Below are positions 27,065 to 37,655 of a stretch of 64,000 nucleotides of DNA, one piece after another (within the stretch, counting starts at the first letter, position 1; each line of letters opens with the position of its first letter). The stretch covers positions 10,955 to 74,954 of the forward strand of contig JBGTFH010000050.1 of assembly GCA_041747375.1 (NCBI GenBank), given 5' to 3'. The notes below the pieces were generated by a model. It saw only the letters and a program-made list of their open reading frames with translations. It had not been told where the DNA came from and made no database searches. The stretch comes from Acidimicrobiia bacterium. Its GTDB lineage: Bacteria > Actinomycetota > Acidimicrobiia > Spongiisociales > ZC4RG35. Made by a program: the position numbers and the translations under genes.

Positions 27065-28330
27065 TCAAGCGATGGATACTCCCGCGCCTGTGGTCGTCAA
27101 CCACTCCCAGAAGTCGGGCCAGGTCTTGGAGACGGCGTCACTGTTCCTCACCGAAATGCCCTCGGCGATCAGGCCCAGCATCGCCAGACTCATTGCTAGA
27201 CGGTGGTCGTTGTGGCTGTTGAGGACATTGCCGTGCACGGGGACGGCGGGGGTTATCGAAAGAGCGTCGCCAAGGATCTCGACGCTCGCCCCGACCAGCT
27301 CCAGCTCGGTGCGGAGCGCTTCGAGGCGATCGGACTCCTTGTGGCGGAGGCTGCCCAGTCCCCCGATCCGGCTCGGGCCTCTGGCTACGGCGGCCAATAC
27401 TGCGAGAGCAACCGCTGAGTCCGGGGCCATGCTCATATCGCAAACAATCCCGTCCAGCCGGTCCGGCCCGACCACCTTCACAGCTCCGGGGCGACGCCGT
27501 ATCTGGCAACCCATTTCCTGGAGAATGTCAAAGAAGGCGAGGTCGGGATGGTTTCCAGGATCGCCAAGGATGGTCACAGATCCAGCTGAGATGGCGGCCG
27601 CCGCCGCGGGATAGACCATCGACGAGCCATCTGATGGAACAACAAATTTCGTACCCTGGTATCCCGTGGCGGGCACCATCCAACCGTCGTCCGTCGAATG
27701 GGCCTCGACACCAAACGACCGCATCATCTCCACAGTCATCTGTATGTATCCAGTCGAGATCGAACCTCCCACGATTTCAAGCAGCACTCGTTCCCGGGCG
27801 AGCGGTGCCACCGAGAGAAGTGCGGAAACACTCTGACTGCTTGTCGAGCCATCAACCTCCATGCGACCGCCCGGGATGCTGCCCTTGCCGTGTATCTCCC
27901 ACGGATACTGGTGGCGGACCTGGATACCGAGCGATGCGACAGCGTCGAGAATCGATCCCATCGGGCGCTCGGGTAAACGGCCCCTGCCTGTAATGGTGGT
28001 CACACCGTCGACGAGACACGATGCCCCCATCAGGAACCGGGCTGTCAAACCTGATTCGCCTACATCGAGGGGGTGGCCTGGAGAGACAAGAGCGCCTCCG
28101 GTCCCTGTAACGGTCCACTCGTTGGCGTCCTCTTTTATTGGCACACCCAGGTCACGGAGGCAATTACGGGCGCGAGTCGTGTCTTCGGAATCGAGCCCAT
28201 TGACGATCGTGCTGTCTCCTCGAGCCAGCCCGGCGAGAAATAGCGCCCGAATCGAATGTGATTTCGATCCAGGAGGGGACGCAACGGCCTCGATCCGGCC
28301 GGCCGGTGGAGAGACGACTCTCGTCGTCAC
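27065..28330 (-). CDS. aroA: 3-phosphoshikimate 1-carboxyvinyltransferase (EPSP synthase)
   Basis: It has the PPGSKSHSIRALFLAGLA motif. The start is chosen at GTG 28330, which overlaps the rluB stop (GTGA). The ORF is open to 28387. Confidence 0.9.
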   Translation of the reverse strand: MTTRVVSPPAGRIEAVASPPGSKSHSIRALFLAGLARGDSTIVNGLDSEDTTRARNCLRDLGVPIKEDANEWTVTGTGGALVSPGHPLDVGESGLTARFLMGASCLVDGVTTITGRGRLPERPMGSILDAVASLGIQVRHQYPWEIHGKGSIPGGRMEVDGSTSSQSVSALLSVAPLARERVLLEIVGGSISTGYIQMTVEMMRSFGVEAHSTDDGWMVPATGYQGTKFVVPSDGSSMVYPAAAAAISAGSVTILGDPGNHPDLAFFDILQEMGCQIRRRPGAVKVVGPDRLDGIVCDMSMAPDSAVALAVLAAVARGPSRIGGLGSLRHKESDRLEALRTELELVGASVEILGDALSITPAVPVHGNVLNSHNDHRLAMSLAMLGLIAEGISVRNSDAVSKTWPDFWEWLTTTGAGVSIA

Positions 28331-29052
28331 TGTTGGACCGCTTGAGCAAACAAGTCGGCGATCTCCTGACGGCTGAGGTGTCTCCACTCACCGGGTCGAA
28401 GGTGCGGGTCGGCAATAGGCCCTATCGCCGTGCGGACCAAACGGAGGACCGGGTGGCCGATCGCCTCCATCATCCTCCTCACCTCGCGTTTTCTCCCTTC
28501 CCCCATGACGATCTCGACCTGAGACTTATCGCGACGGCTATCGACGACAGTTGCCGAAAGTGCCATGGCCTGGCCGTCCTCGAGGTCAATGCCTGTGGTG
28601 AGTCGTCGTAGCGTGCTCCGGGCCACCGTTCCTTCGACCTCGACGAAGTATTTCTTGCGAATCCCGTATCTCGGGTGGGTAACTCTCTCGGTGAGAAGCC
28701 CATCGTTGGAAAGTAGAATCAGCCCCTCGGAGTCGGAATCGAGCCTGCCCACCGGATAGAGGCGGGTCTCGGAGCCGACGATTTCCACAACGGTCGGGCG
28801 ACCCTGAGGATCGTCCGCGGTCGAGATCACTCCCACAGGCTTGTAGAGGAGAATGGTCTGATTCGCGGGATTGACCGGAAGGATCGCCCCGTGGACCATG
28901 ACTACTTGACTTTCTACGTCAACCCGATCACCGAGCACGGCGGTAATACCGTCGATGCTCACCTCGCCGGCGGAGATCTTCTCCTCAGCAGCGCGGCGGG
29001 ACATCAGGCCGGCATGAGCTATTGCCTTTTGGAGGCGGACCGGATCGGCCAC
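28327..29052 (-). CDS. rluB: pseudouridine synthase (RluB/RsuA family) with S4 domain
   Basis: It has an S4 N-terminus (RLQKAIAHAGLMSRRAAEE) and the catalytic GRLDSDSEGLILLSNDG. Confidence 0.88.
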   Translation of the reverse strand: MADPVRLQKAIAHAGLMSRRAAEEKISAGEVSIDGITAVLGDRVDVESQVVMVHGAILPVNPANQTILLYKPVGVISTADDPQGRPTVVEIVGSETRLYPVGRLDSDSEGLILLSNDGLLTERVTHPRYGIRKKYFVEVEGTVARSTLRRLTTGIDLEDGQAMALSATVVDSRRDKSQVEIVMGEGRKREVRRMMEAIGHPVLRLVRTAIGPIADPHLRPGEWRHLSRQEIADLFAQAVQQ

Positions 29053-29055
29053 TGT

Positions 29056-29622
29056 TCAACTCCCGGGGCGGAGCGACTCTTCGAGCCCTTCGAGGGCAGA
29101 CGCAGGAGGCACATGATCGGCAAGGGGCGGCAACTCGCTCAAATCATTCAAACCCAATTTCTCCAGGAACAGACGTGTCGTTCCGTAAACCGCCGGATTG
29201 CCTGGAAGATCGAGTCGATCCACTTCTTCTATCAATCCGAGCCGATCCAGGGTTCTCACCGCGGAATCGGAATCCACACCCCGGATCTCTGAAATTTGAC
29301 TCCGGGCGACGGGCTGTCGATAGGCAACGACCGCAAGGGTTTCGATGGCGGCAGGCGAGATACGGCGGGCGGTTGCACTCGAGCTAAACCGTTCCAGGTA
29401 GGGATAGGCATCCGGGTGGCTGTAGATCCGCCATCCGCCGGCCACGGAGCGAAGCACCAGTCCCGACTCGCGTGCTGTGAATGCCTCCGCCATCTCCTCG
29501 AGAATCGACTCGACCTGGTTCGGGCTCATCTCGAGAATCTGGGCGAGCTCATTCAGCGGAACCGGCTCCTCGGTGACAAAGAGGATCGCCTCCAACGCCG
29601 CCCGAGCGTTCACGAGGCCCAC
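29056..29622 (-). CDS. scpB: SMC-Scp complex subunit ScpB
   Basis: EAILFVTEEPV...ISEIRGVDS is a winged-helix ScpB pattern. The gene follows scpA. Confidence 0.88.
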   Translation of the reverse strand: MGLVNARAALEAILFVTEEPVPLNELAQILEMSPNQVESILEEMAEAFTARESGLVLRSVAGGWRIYSHPDAYPYLERFSSSATARRISPAAIETLAVVAYRQPVARSQISEIRGVDSDSAVRTLDRLGLIEEVDRLDLPGNPAVYGTTRLFLEKLGLNDLSELPPLADHVPPASALEGLEESLRPGS

Positions 29623-30371
29623 TCCGAAGTGAGGTCAACACCACTGCGTTGCACGTGCTTGACCTGGATGCTGGACAGCCAGTCCTCTTGATGGACCTCG
29701 ACCAATCCCCATCTCGCCATTTCGAGCAGCGCAAGAAAATATGCCGCTACCTCGACGGGACGTTCGCAATGTTCGGTGAGGGTTTCGAAGTCGGACAGAG
29801 CGAGGTCGGCGATGCGAGATCGCAACTCGTCCATCGCCGAGGCCACGGAAGGCATGTCGAGCTCGAGATGGTCGAGATCGGGTTCTTCGGCCTCCCGTCG
29901 GAAGACGCCTACCGCGGAGTCTCTGAGACCGGCCGCGTCGACCGTAAGTGTGAAATCCAACGGCTGTCGGGTGATCTTCTGGTCGAGGCCCGACATGCGC
30001 GCCACCAACCGATTTGCCTCTTGAAGACGCAGCGTCAAAACAGCAGCGACATCTTTGAAGGTCACACAGGCGAGAAGACGTGAGAGCAGCCGGTCACGCT
30101 CTTCGAGGAGTAGTAGCTCATCATCCAGGTCGAATCGACCACGGTCAGGCAGTAACGAGTTGGCCTTCAACTGCACCAGCGTTGCCGCGATCAACAGGAA
30201 CTCAGACGTCACTTCGAGATCGAGATGGGTCATCTCGTCGAGAAATGCGATGTACTCTGAAACCACATCGGTAAGCCCGACGGCAGAGATCTCCAACTGG
30301 TGTTTGGAAATGAGTTGGAGGAGAAGGTCGAGCGGCCCTTCGAAAACGGCGGTCTTCACTTGATAGGTCAT
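29610..30371 (-). CDS. scpA: segregation and condensation protein A
   Basis: FEGPLDLLLQLISKHQLEI is a ScpA N-terminus. The product is 253 aa. Confidence 0.88.
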   Translation of the reverse strand: MTYQVKTAVFEGPLDLLLQLISKHQLEISAVGLTDVVSEYIAFLDEMTHLDLEVTSEFLLIAATLVQLKANSLLPDRGRFDLDDELLLLEERDRLLSRLLACVTFKDVAAVLTLRLQEANRLVARMSGLDQKITRQPLDFTLTVDAAGLRDSAVGVFRREAEEPDLDHLELDMPSVASAMDELRSRIADLALSDFETLTEHCERPVEVAAYFLALLEMARWGLVEVHQEDWLSSIQVKHVQRSGVDLTSEWAS

Positions 30372-30429
30372 CGCTGATGTCAGGTTATCGCCTTTGCACC
30401 CCGATCAGCGACTCTGTGGAATAAACCGG

Positions 30430-30906
30430 TCAACGATCCGATTCTTGCAAAACTTCCCACAGGCCAGGATCGATGTCGGCCGGACATTGGCCGTGGTGGC
30501 TCCGGGCAAAGCTGACGACGACACCTGCAGATCCGATTGAAATGAGGTCGGCGGCCCCGATCTCACCGTGGTCTCGATACATCAACATGCGACGGCTGAG
30601 CGGGAGTCTGAGTTTGATCAGAATCGATGCCACGGACCGTCCCACCGCACCAAGCCCGGCGTGCCGCTTTCCGACATCGTGGAGAGCGCCGGCACTTATC
30701 GCCGATCGGTCCCCCGGATAGATCGCGGCGACCGACGCTCCGGCGTTGAAGCCGTGTCGCTGGTCCCGACTGTCCTGTGCGAAAAAGAGTTCGCCTTCCG
30801 CAGGGGTCAACCAGGCGGTAACCGTCTCGATTTCGACGTCGGTGAGAGGCCGGGACGATACGAAGTCGAAGAATCTCCTGAAGAGATGGGGAAAAGAGCC
30901 GGGCAA
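30430..30906 (-). CDS. HD-domain protein
   Basis: RHGFNAGA...GALHDVGK is HD-type. The ORF is open to 31014, where it overlaps the upstream gene, so TTG 30906 was chosen, 12 nt after that gene's stop. The start is uncertain. Confidence 0.6.
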   Translation of the reverse strand: MPGSFPHLFRRFFDFVSSRPLTDVEIETVTAWLTPAEGELFFAQDSRDQRHGFNAGASVAAIYPGDRSAISAGALHDVGKRHAGLGAVGRSVASILIKLRLPLSRRMLMYRDHGEIGAADLISIGSAGVVVSFARSHHGQCPADIDPGLWEVLQESDR

Positions 30907-30917
30907 TGCTTGACGAG

Positions 30918-31271
30918 CTAGACGCTGGCCGCCGACTTGCAGTCGACGCAGAGAATAGAAGCTGGCCGCGCATCGAGACGTTCCTGCGAAATCGCGGCGC
31001 CGCATTTGGCGCAAGTCCCATATGAGCCGTCGGCGAGCCGACTCAGCGCGGCATCGACATCGTTGAGCTGGGCCTTGATCGAATCGACGAGGCCAATTAC
31101 TTCGGTCCGCTCGGCTGTCACCGATGCTGCGTCCGCAAAACTCCCACCAAAATCGATATCGGGCCTGAGATCACCAGATTCACTGGCACCCAACTCATCG
31201 AGCTGATGGACGAGATGTGCCCTGTCGGCTTCGAGTGTTTCCTTGATTTTGGATGTGCTGAAGCTGCTCAT
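30918..31271 (-). CDS. TraR/DksA-family C4 zinc-finger protein
   Basis: It has a C-terminal CAKCGAAISQERLDARPASILCVDC. Its ATG overlaps the xerD stop (ATGA). Confidence 0.85.
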   Translation of the reverse strand: MSSFSTSKIKETLEADRAHLVHQLDELGASESGDLRPDIDFGGSFADAASVTAERTEVIGLVDSIKAQLNDVDAALSRLADGSYGTCAKCGAAISQERLDARPASILCVDCKSAASV

Positions 31272-32161
31272 TTGCTCCTCGGGTGCGCTTCGATGTAGAT
31301 CTCCATGAGATGTGCGGCACTCACTCTCGTGTAGACCTGCGTAGTGCTAATCGTAGCGTGTCCCAACATTTCCTGGACGGTTCTTAAATCCGCACCCCCC
31401 TCGACCATGTGGGTCGCGGCTGAATGACGGAGGACATGAGGGGAGACCTTCGCCGGGTCGAGGCCGATTCTCGCGGCGGATTCTCTAACAATGTTGAAGA
31501 CGGCCTGACGGCTGAGCCGGCGACCCCGGACGCTGGTGAACATCGGGTCGCCGCGTTGGTCCCGTCTAATCAGATCGAGACGATCGGGCAACCACCGTGA
31601 CAACGCCATGACCGCCTTACTCCCCAGGGGGACTATTCGCTGTTTCGCTCCCTTGCCGGTGACTATCGCAATCGCGTCGTCCAAGTCGACATATGTCAGG
31701 TCCAGGCCTGTGGCTTCGGACACACGGGCGCCTGTGCCATAGAGGAATTCCAGGACAGCGGAATCCCTTCGCCCTTTGAGAGTGGAGATGTCGGGTGATT
31801 CGACCAGTTTTATCGCTTCGTCGACACTCAGGGCCTTGGGCAACGGTTCTCCGAGCCGCGGTGTCTCCAGGAGGAGAGTTGGGTCGGTCTCTCGAAAATC
31901 CTCCGCCACCAGAAACCTGTGCAGTCCCCGAATCGATGCGACTTTCCGGGCCACACTGGCACGAGATATGTTGGCGTCATGGAGGCTGGACACCCATCCC
32001 TCGACCAGGGTCATATCGGGCTCGCGGCCGTCGAGGTAGCCGAGATATTGAGCAATATCGCGCCCGTAGGCGGCGATGGTATTCGGTGCCAGACCCCTTT
32101 CCACCCGTAGCGATATCAGATATTCGTCGACGCAGAGAGCGAACGACTCATTCCTGTTCAC
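31268..32161 (-). CDS. xerD: site-specific tyrosine recombinase XerD
   Basis: The C-terminus is HVLRHSAATHMVEGGADLRTVQEMLGHATISTTQVYTRV. Its GTG start overlaps the ald stop (GTGA). Confidence 0.88.
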   Translation of the reverse strand: MNRNESFALCVDEYLISLRVERGLAPNTIAAYGRDIAQYLGYLDGREPDMTLVEGWVSSLHDANISRASVARKVASIRGLHRFLVAEDFRETDPTLLLETPRLGEPLPKALSVDEAIKLVESPDISTLKGRRDSAVLEFLYGTGARVSEATGLDLTYVDLDDAIAIVTGKGAKQRIVPLGSKAVMALSRWLPDRLDLIRRDQRGDPMFTSVRGRRLSRQAVFNIVRESAARIGLDPAKVSPHVLRHSAATHMVEGGADLRTVQEMLGHATISTTQVYTRVSAAHLMEIYIEAHPRSK

Positions 32162-33279
32162 CGGTTGGCCAGGGCCTCACTGACCGGTGTGTATGCGTCG
32201 CCCAGACTCTCGGCGACACCAGGGTGGCAAACCTTGTCGTCAATCACGTTGACACCTGATATCAGCTCAGGATGGTCGAGGAACGCGCCGTCCAGACCAT
32301 TGTCAGCCAGGGAGATCACGTAACGAAGCGTCGAGTTGGTCAACGCGTAAGTGGAGGTGTGCGGTACGGCGCCCGGGATGTTGCCGACTGCATAGTGGAC
32401 GACATCGTGAACCAGATAGGTCGGTTCGGCGTGCGTTGTCTCCCGGGAAGTGGCAAAGCATCCGCCCTGATCGATGGCCACATCGACCAGCACCGAGCCC
32501 TTCTTCATGGCCCTGACCATGTCTTCCGTGACGAGCTTCGGCGCAGCGGCGCCGGGTATCAGGACCGTCCCGATAACGAGGTCGGCTGCTGTCACCTGCT
32601 CCTCGAGGTTCAACCGGTTGGAATGCATCGTCACGATCCGACCTTGATAAAGAGAATCCAACATGCGCAGCTTGTTCATATCGGTGTCGAGGACCATTAC
32701 GTCGGCCTGCATGCCCATCGCGATCACCGCGGCGTTGGAACCGGCCATCCCCCCACCGATTACAACAACTTTGGCTGGAGCAACGCCGGCGACACCACCG
32801 AGCAGCACTCCACGGCCACCATGCGCCTTCTCCAGGAAGTAGGCGCCGGCCTGCGTCGCCATCCTCCCGGCTATCTCCGACATCGGTGCCAGCAACGGGA
32901 GACTCCGGTCGGCGAGCTGAACGGTCTCGTAGGCGATCGCAACCACGCCCCGTTTGCGCAGACCTGCCGCGAGGGTGGGATACGCCGCGAGATGGAGATA
33001 GGTGAAGAGGACCTGTCCGGGTCGGAACATCTCCACTTCGGTTGACTGGGGCTCCTTGACCTTGATGATCATCTCAGCGTCTGCGAACACCTCGGCGGCT
33101 GTCGGAACGATCGTCGCTCCCTGCGCAACGAATTCTTCGTCGGCGATGGTCGAACCGAGACCGGCGCCGGCCTCGATCAAAACGGTATGACCTCGATCCG
33201 CCAACTCCCGGACACCTACCGGAGTGATTGCGATCCGATGTTCGGCAGTTTTTATTTCTTTAGGAACACCAACAAACAC
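32158..33279 (-). CDS. ald: alanine dehydrogenase
   Basis: It has VGVPKEIKTAEHRIAITP. The start is chosen at GTG 33279, with AGGAGG 9 nt upstream. The ORF is open to 33309. Confidence 0.9.
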   Translation of the reverse strand: MFVGVPKEIKTAEHRIAITPVGVRELADRGHTVLIEAGAGLGSTIADEEFVAQGATIVPTAAEVFADAEMIIKVKEPQSTEVEMFRPGQVLFTYLHLAAYPTLAAGLRKRGVVAIAYETVQLADRSLPLLAPMSEIAGRMATQAGAYFLEKAHGGRGVLLGGVAGVAPAKVVVIGGGMAGSNAAVIAMGMQADVMVLDTDMNKLRMLDSLYQGRIVTMHSNRLNLEEQVTAADLVIGTVLIPGAAAPKLVTEDMVRAMKKGSVLVDVAIDQGGCFATSRETTHAEPTYLVHDVVHYAVGNIPGAVPHTSTYALTNSTLRYVISLADNGLDGAFLDHPELISGVNVIDDKVCHPGVAESLGDAYTPVSEALANR

Positions 33280-33348
33280 GAAACGATCCTCCTGGAGATT
33301 CCGGGACACCGACGATACAGCGACAGACCCCTGGTGAGCGACTAGACC

Positions 33349-35022
33349 TTATTCGAGTGAGATATCCGCTGGTTCCCGTCGCTGCGGTTTACCGGCTGCC
33401 ACCTTCCCGGCAGCCCGCACCAGACCACTAAATAGCGGGTGTGGTTCGTCGGGGCGGGAGCGGAATTCGGGATGAGCCTGCGTGGCGACGAAGTAGGGGT
33501 GATCGATCATTTCGATGTACTCGACGAGGTTTTCGTCAGGGGAAACGCCGGACAACCGAAGCCCGGCACTCTCCAGTTCTTTGCGGTAGCGATTATTCAC
33601 CTCCCAACGATGACGGTGCCTCTCGTATACGAGCTCATCCCCGTAGAGCTCCCGCACCAACGAGCCTTCGGCGAGCTTGGCCGCATAAAGGCCGAGACGC
33701 ATCGTCCCGCCCTTCTCTTCCACGTCCTCCTGGCTCTCCATGAGGTCGATGACCGGATGAGGAGTGGTCGGATCGAATTCGGTTGAGTTGGCATCACCGT
33801 GGCCGAGGACATCGCGTGCGAATTCGATGACGGCGCACTGCAGGCCCAGGCAGAGCCCGAGGAACGGGATGCCGTTTTCCCGGGCGAATCGGATGGCTTG
33901 GATCTTTCCTTCGACCCCGCGGTAGCCAAATCCCCCTGGAACCACTATTCCGTCGAGATCTTCGAGATAGGAGTCGGCGAGTAGACCGGTGAGCTCATCG
34001 CTTGGAATCCAGGCAAGGTCGAGCTTGAGGCCATGTGCCGCAGCACCGTGGCGCAATGCTTCGGCCACGGATAGATATGCGTCGGGAAGGTCGACGTACT
34101 TTCCGACAATGCCGATACGAACCGAATCGGTGGCCCGCCTCGCTTTTTCGACCATTGCCCTCCAGTTGTCCAGGTTGGGCGGTCCCGTGACCAGACCCAG
34201 CTGATCGCACACCACCCGATCGAGACCACCATCATGGAGGACGAGTGGGACCTCATAGATGTCCCCGGCATCGGGGGCAGCTATGACCGCTTCCGGGGAA
34301 ACGTCGCAGAAAAGGCTGATCTTGCGGACCACGGCTTCGTCGATCTCCCGATCGGATCGAACGATGATCACATCGGGATGGATCCCCTTGCTGCGGAGTT
34401 CCGCCACCGAATGCTGAGTGGGTTTGGTCTTGAGCTCTTCGGAAGTCGAAATGTAAGGAACCAGGGTGACGTGGATGAACAGAACATTCTTCTTGCCGAC
34501 GTCATTGCCGTACTGTCGGATCGCCTCAAGGAACGGCAGGCTCTCGATGTCACCAACTGTTCCACCGACCTCCGTGATCACCACGTCGACGTCGCCGGAC
34601 GAGCCAACCCTCCTGATCCGATCCTTGATCTCATTCGTGATATGCGGGATCACCTGGACGGTGTCGCCCAGGTAGTCGCCGCGGCGTTCCTTTTGGATCA
34701 CACTCATATAGACCGAGCCTGACGTCACATTGGAGGTCCGCTTCAGGTTCTCGCCGGTGAATCGTTCGTAATGTCCGAGGTCGAGATCGGTTTCCCCGCC
34801 ATCGTCGGTGACGAACACCTCACCATGCTGGAACGGATTCATCGTTCCGGGATCGACATTGATGTACGGATCGAGCTTCTGGTTGACGACCCTCAGACCC
34901 CGGGCCTTGAGCAACCGACCCAGAGAGGAAGCCGCAATCCCTTTGCCTAGCGATGAAACGACACCACCGGTGACAAACACGTACTTGGTCTTTTGCGGGG
35001 GTGTTGAAGGAGTGTCGGGCAT
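33349..35022 (-). CDS. pyrG: CTP synthase
   Basis: It has [16 protein letters not shown] and a C-terminal glutamine amidotransferase domain (GLCLGLQ). The start is chosen at ATG 35022. The ORF is open to 35085. Confidence 0.92.
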   Translation of the reverse strand: MPDTPSTPPQKTKYVFVTGGVVSSLGKGIAASSLGRLLKARGLRVVNQKLDPYINVDPGTMNPFQHGEVFVTDDGGETDLDLGHYERFTGENLKRTSNVTSGSVYMSVIQKERRGDYLGDTVQVIPHITNEIKDRIRRVGSSGDVDVVITEVGGTVGDIESLPFLEAIRQYGNDVGKKNVLFIHVTLVPYISTSEELKTKPTQHSVAELRSKGIHPDVIIVRSDREIDEAVVRKISLFCDVSPEAVIAAPDAGDIYEVPLVLHDGGLDRVVCDQLGLVTGPPNLDNWRAMVEKARRATDSVRIGIVGKYVDLPDAYLSVAEALRHGAAAHGLKLDLAWIPSDELTGLLADSYLEDLDGIVVPGGFGYRGVEGKIQAIRFARENGIPFLGLCLGLQCAVIEFARDVLGHGDANSTEFDPTTPHPVIDLMESQEDVEEKGGTMRLGLYAAKLAEGSLVRELYGDELVYERHRHRWEVNNRYRKELESAGLRLSGVSPDENLVEYIEMIDHPYFVATQAHPEFRSRPDEPHPLFSGLVRAAGKVAAGKPQRREPADISLE

Positions 35023-35109
35023 CGAATCAGATGTCGTTCCTTGCGAAAAAAGTGACCCGTCCATGACGGGATGCCAGCGTAGCATCAGAATCGAAGGACG
35101 CCATGTTTG

Positions 35110-36699
35110 TCACCTTCGACTCATTTCCAATAGCTCTGCGGCGGCATCCTGGCCCCGATCGCTCTCCGGCAGTCCCGCCATCATCCGGGAGATTTCCTCC
35201 AGACGCGCTTCATCCTCGACGAGTTCCAGCGCCGCCTCCGCCCCATTTCTCCTTATCACGTAGTGTCTATCGGCGAAAGCGGCCACCTGGGGAAGATGGG
35301 TGACACAGAGCAATTGCTGCCCGGCTGCGAGATCGGATAGTTTCCGGCCCACCGCCAGAGCGGTGGCTCCCCCCACCCCAGCATCGACCTCATCGAATAC
35401 CAGGGTGTGCCTGGCACCAGTACCGGTCGCAAGGTTGATGGCGAGAATCAGGCGGGACAGTTCACCACCCGACGCCACTTTTGATATCGGGCCGGCTTGA
35501 AGCCGGTTATGGGAGGAGAACATCAACTCGACACGATCGGCACCAGAGGCTGCCGGCTCGCGCCTGGAGAATTCAAATCGCAAAATCGCGCTGGGGAGCC
35601 CGACATCACTGAGATGGGACTCGACCCCGGATGCAAGTCGACCCGCGGTTGCCTCTCTCGATATTGACAGGTGGGTGGCAAGGTCTGCCACACGGCTGCT
35701 GGCTTCCTCGACTTCACTATCGATCGAGCTGGCGCGGTCGAGTAGCGCGGCCAACTCGGATGCGCGCTGTCCGGCCCCGTCGCCGTAGGCAATCACCTCG
35801 GCCAGGGTCTTCCCGTACTTCATCTTCAGATCTCCGAGAAGAGTCAGCCGTCTCTCGATGTCGGCGCCCGACTCGGGATCCAGGTCGAGGTCGGCAATTC
35901 GGCCGGCCAACTCGCGGGCCAGGTCAGCCGTCGAAATCGACAACCCCTCGGCGGTATCGGCCATCGTCTGCAACGATGGGTCGAGCGCCGCGACCTTGCG
36001 GAGGAACGAGACGAGTTCTCCGGTGTCATCGACCAATTTCTCCAACAGCCGACCCGAGTTGCCCAGGTGCTCCTGGATCTCTTCCAGATTGCGGAGACGC
36101 ATGGCGGATTGTTCGAGGACCACATCTTCTCCGTCCTCGAATCCGGCGCGGGAGATTTCTTCTTGCTGATACCGGGCCAGGTCCAGCTCCCGGGCCAGCT
36201 CGATTCGGGACCCACCCAACTTTGACTGCTCATCGAGGAGACCGGCGAGACGGGCCCAGGAATCCTGATAATCGTTGACAATCCGCAACCCTTCTTCGTC
36301 GAGGTTGGCGTCGAGCAGGCCCACGACGTACTGGCTCTTCTTCAGATCGAGCTGATCATGTTGTCCGATGATCTGGACTCTCGATCCGAGCTCATCCCGC
36401 AGAGTGGTCGCCGACACGATGACGCCGTCGCGATATGCCCGGGAGCGTCCATCCCGCGGAACGATCCTGCTGACCGGGAGCTCTTCGACGTCGAGAAACA
36501 CACCTTCGGCAGTGGCGCTGTCGCCATACGGGCCAACCATGGAGGAGTCGGCGTTTTCGCCGAGCAGAAGCCGTAGAGCACCGAGAAGTAGGGTCTTGCC
36601 GGCACCTGTCTCCCCCGTGATCACCGTGAATCCATCCGCAGGGACCAATTCGGCTTCGTTGATCAGGCCCAGATTTCTAGCCGCCAGGTGGATGAGCAT
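35110..36699 (-). CDS. recN: DNA repair protein RecN
   Basis: It has MLIHLAARNLGLI...ITGETGAGKT and a C-terminal SGGELSR signature. Confidence 0.9.
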   Translation of the reverse strand: MLIHLAARNLGLINEAELVPADGFTVITGETGAGKTLLLGALRLLLGENADSSMVGPYGDSATAEGVFLDVEELPVSRIVPRDGRSRAYRDGVIVSATTLRDELGSRVQIIGQHDQLDLKKSQYVVGLLDANLDEEGLRIVNDYQDSWARLAGLLDEQSKLGGSRIELARELDLARYQQEEISRAGFEDGEDVVLEQSAMRLRNLEEIQEHLGNSGRLLEKLVDDTGELVSFLRKVAALDPSLQTMADTAEGLSISTADLARELAGRIADLDLDPESGADIERRLTLLGDLKMKYGKTLAEVIAYGDGAGQRASELAALLDRASSIDSEVEEASSRVADLATHLSISREATAGRLASGVESHLSDVGLPSAILRFEFSRREPAASGADRVELMFSSHNRLQAGPISKVASGGELSRLILAINLATGTGARHTLVFDEVDAGVGGATALAVGRKLSDLAAGQQLLCVTHLPQVAAFADRHYVIRRNGAEAALELVEDEARLEEISRMMAGLPESDRGQDAAAELLEMSRR

Positions 36700-37472
36700 C
36701 AGGGCAAATCGAACTTGTCTTTTACCAGGCCCGCAAAAGACGGTGACCCGAAGGTGACGAACTGTACGGGCCGGTCTCCCCGGGTCACTACTACCTTGTC
36801 TCCGTTTCCGAGCTCGCCGAGATTTTGCTTATCCACGCTTACCTTGACCGCACGGTCGCGGTGGACCGTGATCGTTATCTCTTGCTCCGCCGGCAGCACG
36901 ATCGACCTTGAAAATAGGGAGTGGGCGGCAACCGGGGTAAGGACAATGGCATCGACCGCCGGCGAAACAAGCGGGCCGCCTGCCGAGAATGAGTAGGCGG
37001 TAGAACCCGTGGGCGATGCCACGATGAGGCCATCTGCCCGATAGGTGGCAAACTCGACCCCGCCGATTGCAACCTCCAGTTCGACAAGCCGCTGGTTGTC
37101 GACCTTCTCGATCACCACGTCGTTTACGCCATGGAACACCCCTCCATTCGTCCGGGCGGCGACAGTCATCCGGTTGTCGATGTCGTAGTCACCGTCAACC
37201 AGACGGGAGACCACCGATTGCAGGTCTTCGGGGTCTGCGGTTGTGAGAAAGCCGAGAGTGCCGAGGTTGAATCCAAGGACGGGCAGGTCGGCTGCATGAG
37301 CTACCGCCGCCGCCGAAAGCATGGTCCCATCTCCACCCACAGCGATCACCATGTCGGCGTCTTCGGCCACAGCTGTAACTTCAACGCCGCGATCCCGAAG
37401 TGCCCCGACCAACTCCCGGGAGAACCGATCGACTGCCGGCCGCTCTGCTCTGAGTACCAAGACAACCTTCAC
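36699..37472 (-). CDS. nadK: NAD+ kinase
   Basis: It has the VGGDGTML motif and is 257 aa. It overlaps the recN start by 1 nt. Confidence 0.9.
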   Translation of the reverse strand: MKVVLVLRAERPAVDRFSRELVGALRDRGVEVTAVAEDADMVIAVGGDGTMLSAAAVAHAADLPVLGFNLGTLGFLTTADPEDLQSVVSRLVDGDYDIDNRMTVAARTNGGVFHGVNDVVIEKVDNQRLVELEVAIGGVEFATYRADGLIVASPTGSTAYSFSAGGPLVSPAVDAIVLTPVAAHSLFSRSIVLPAEQEITITVHRDRAVKVSVDKQNLGELGNGDKVVVTRGDRPVQFVTFGSPSFAGLVKDKFDLP

Positions 37473-37504
37473 TTCAATCCACCGGTGAGTCTCGCCACAT
37501 AGAC

Positions 37505-37648
37505 CTATTTGATCTCGACGTCTTCGAGGAGGCCACCGAGAATCTCGGCGAGCTCGGCGGCAGGCTGCGGCAGTTCTGCCGGGTCGAGTTCGGCCAATTC
37601 GCGGAGCTTCTCCTCGATTTCAGTGCGGACGTCTTCGGGAATGTTCAT
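37505..37648 (-). CDS. hypothetical small acidic protein (47 aa), below ORF-track cutoff
   Basis: The ATG lies 8 nt after the HAD gene stop. The product MNIPEDVRTEIEEKLRELAELDPAELPQPAAELAEILGGLLEDVEIK is helical and acidic. It fills the only gap between HAD and nadK. Confidence 0.4.
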   Translation of the reverse strand: MNIPEDVRTEIEEKLRELAELDPAELPQPAAELAEILGGLLEDVEIK

Positions 37649-37655
37649 TTCCCGA

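Noticed and set aside
31268-32161. Tyrosine recombinase as marker of an integrated mobile element
   Set aside because: It has XerD-type sequence and sits in a housekeeping context (ald, pyrG, recN, scpAB) with overlapping neighbours. No flanking direct repeats, tRNA-adjacent att site or cargo genes were seen.
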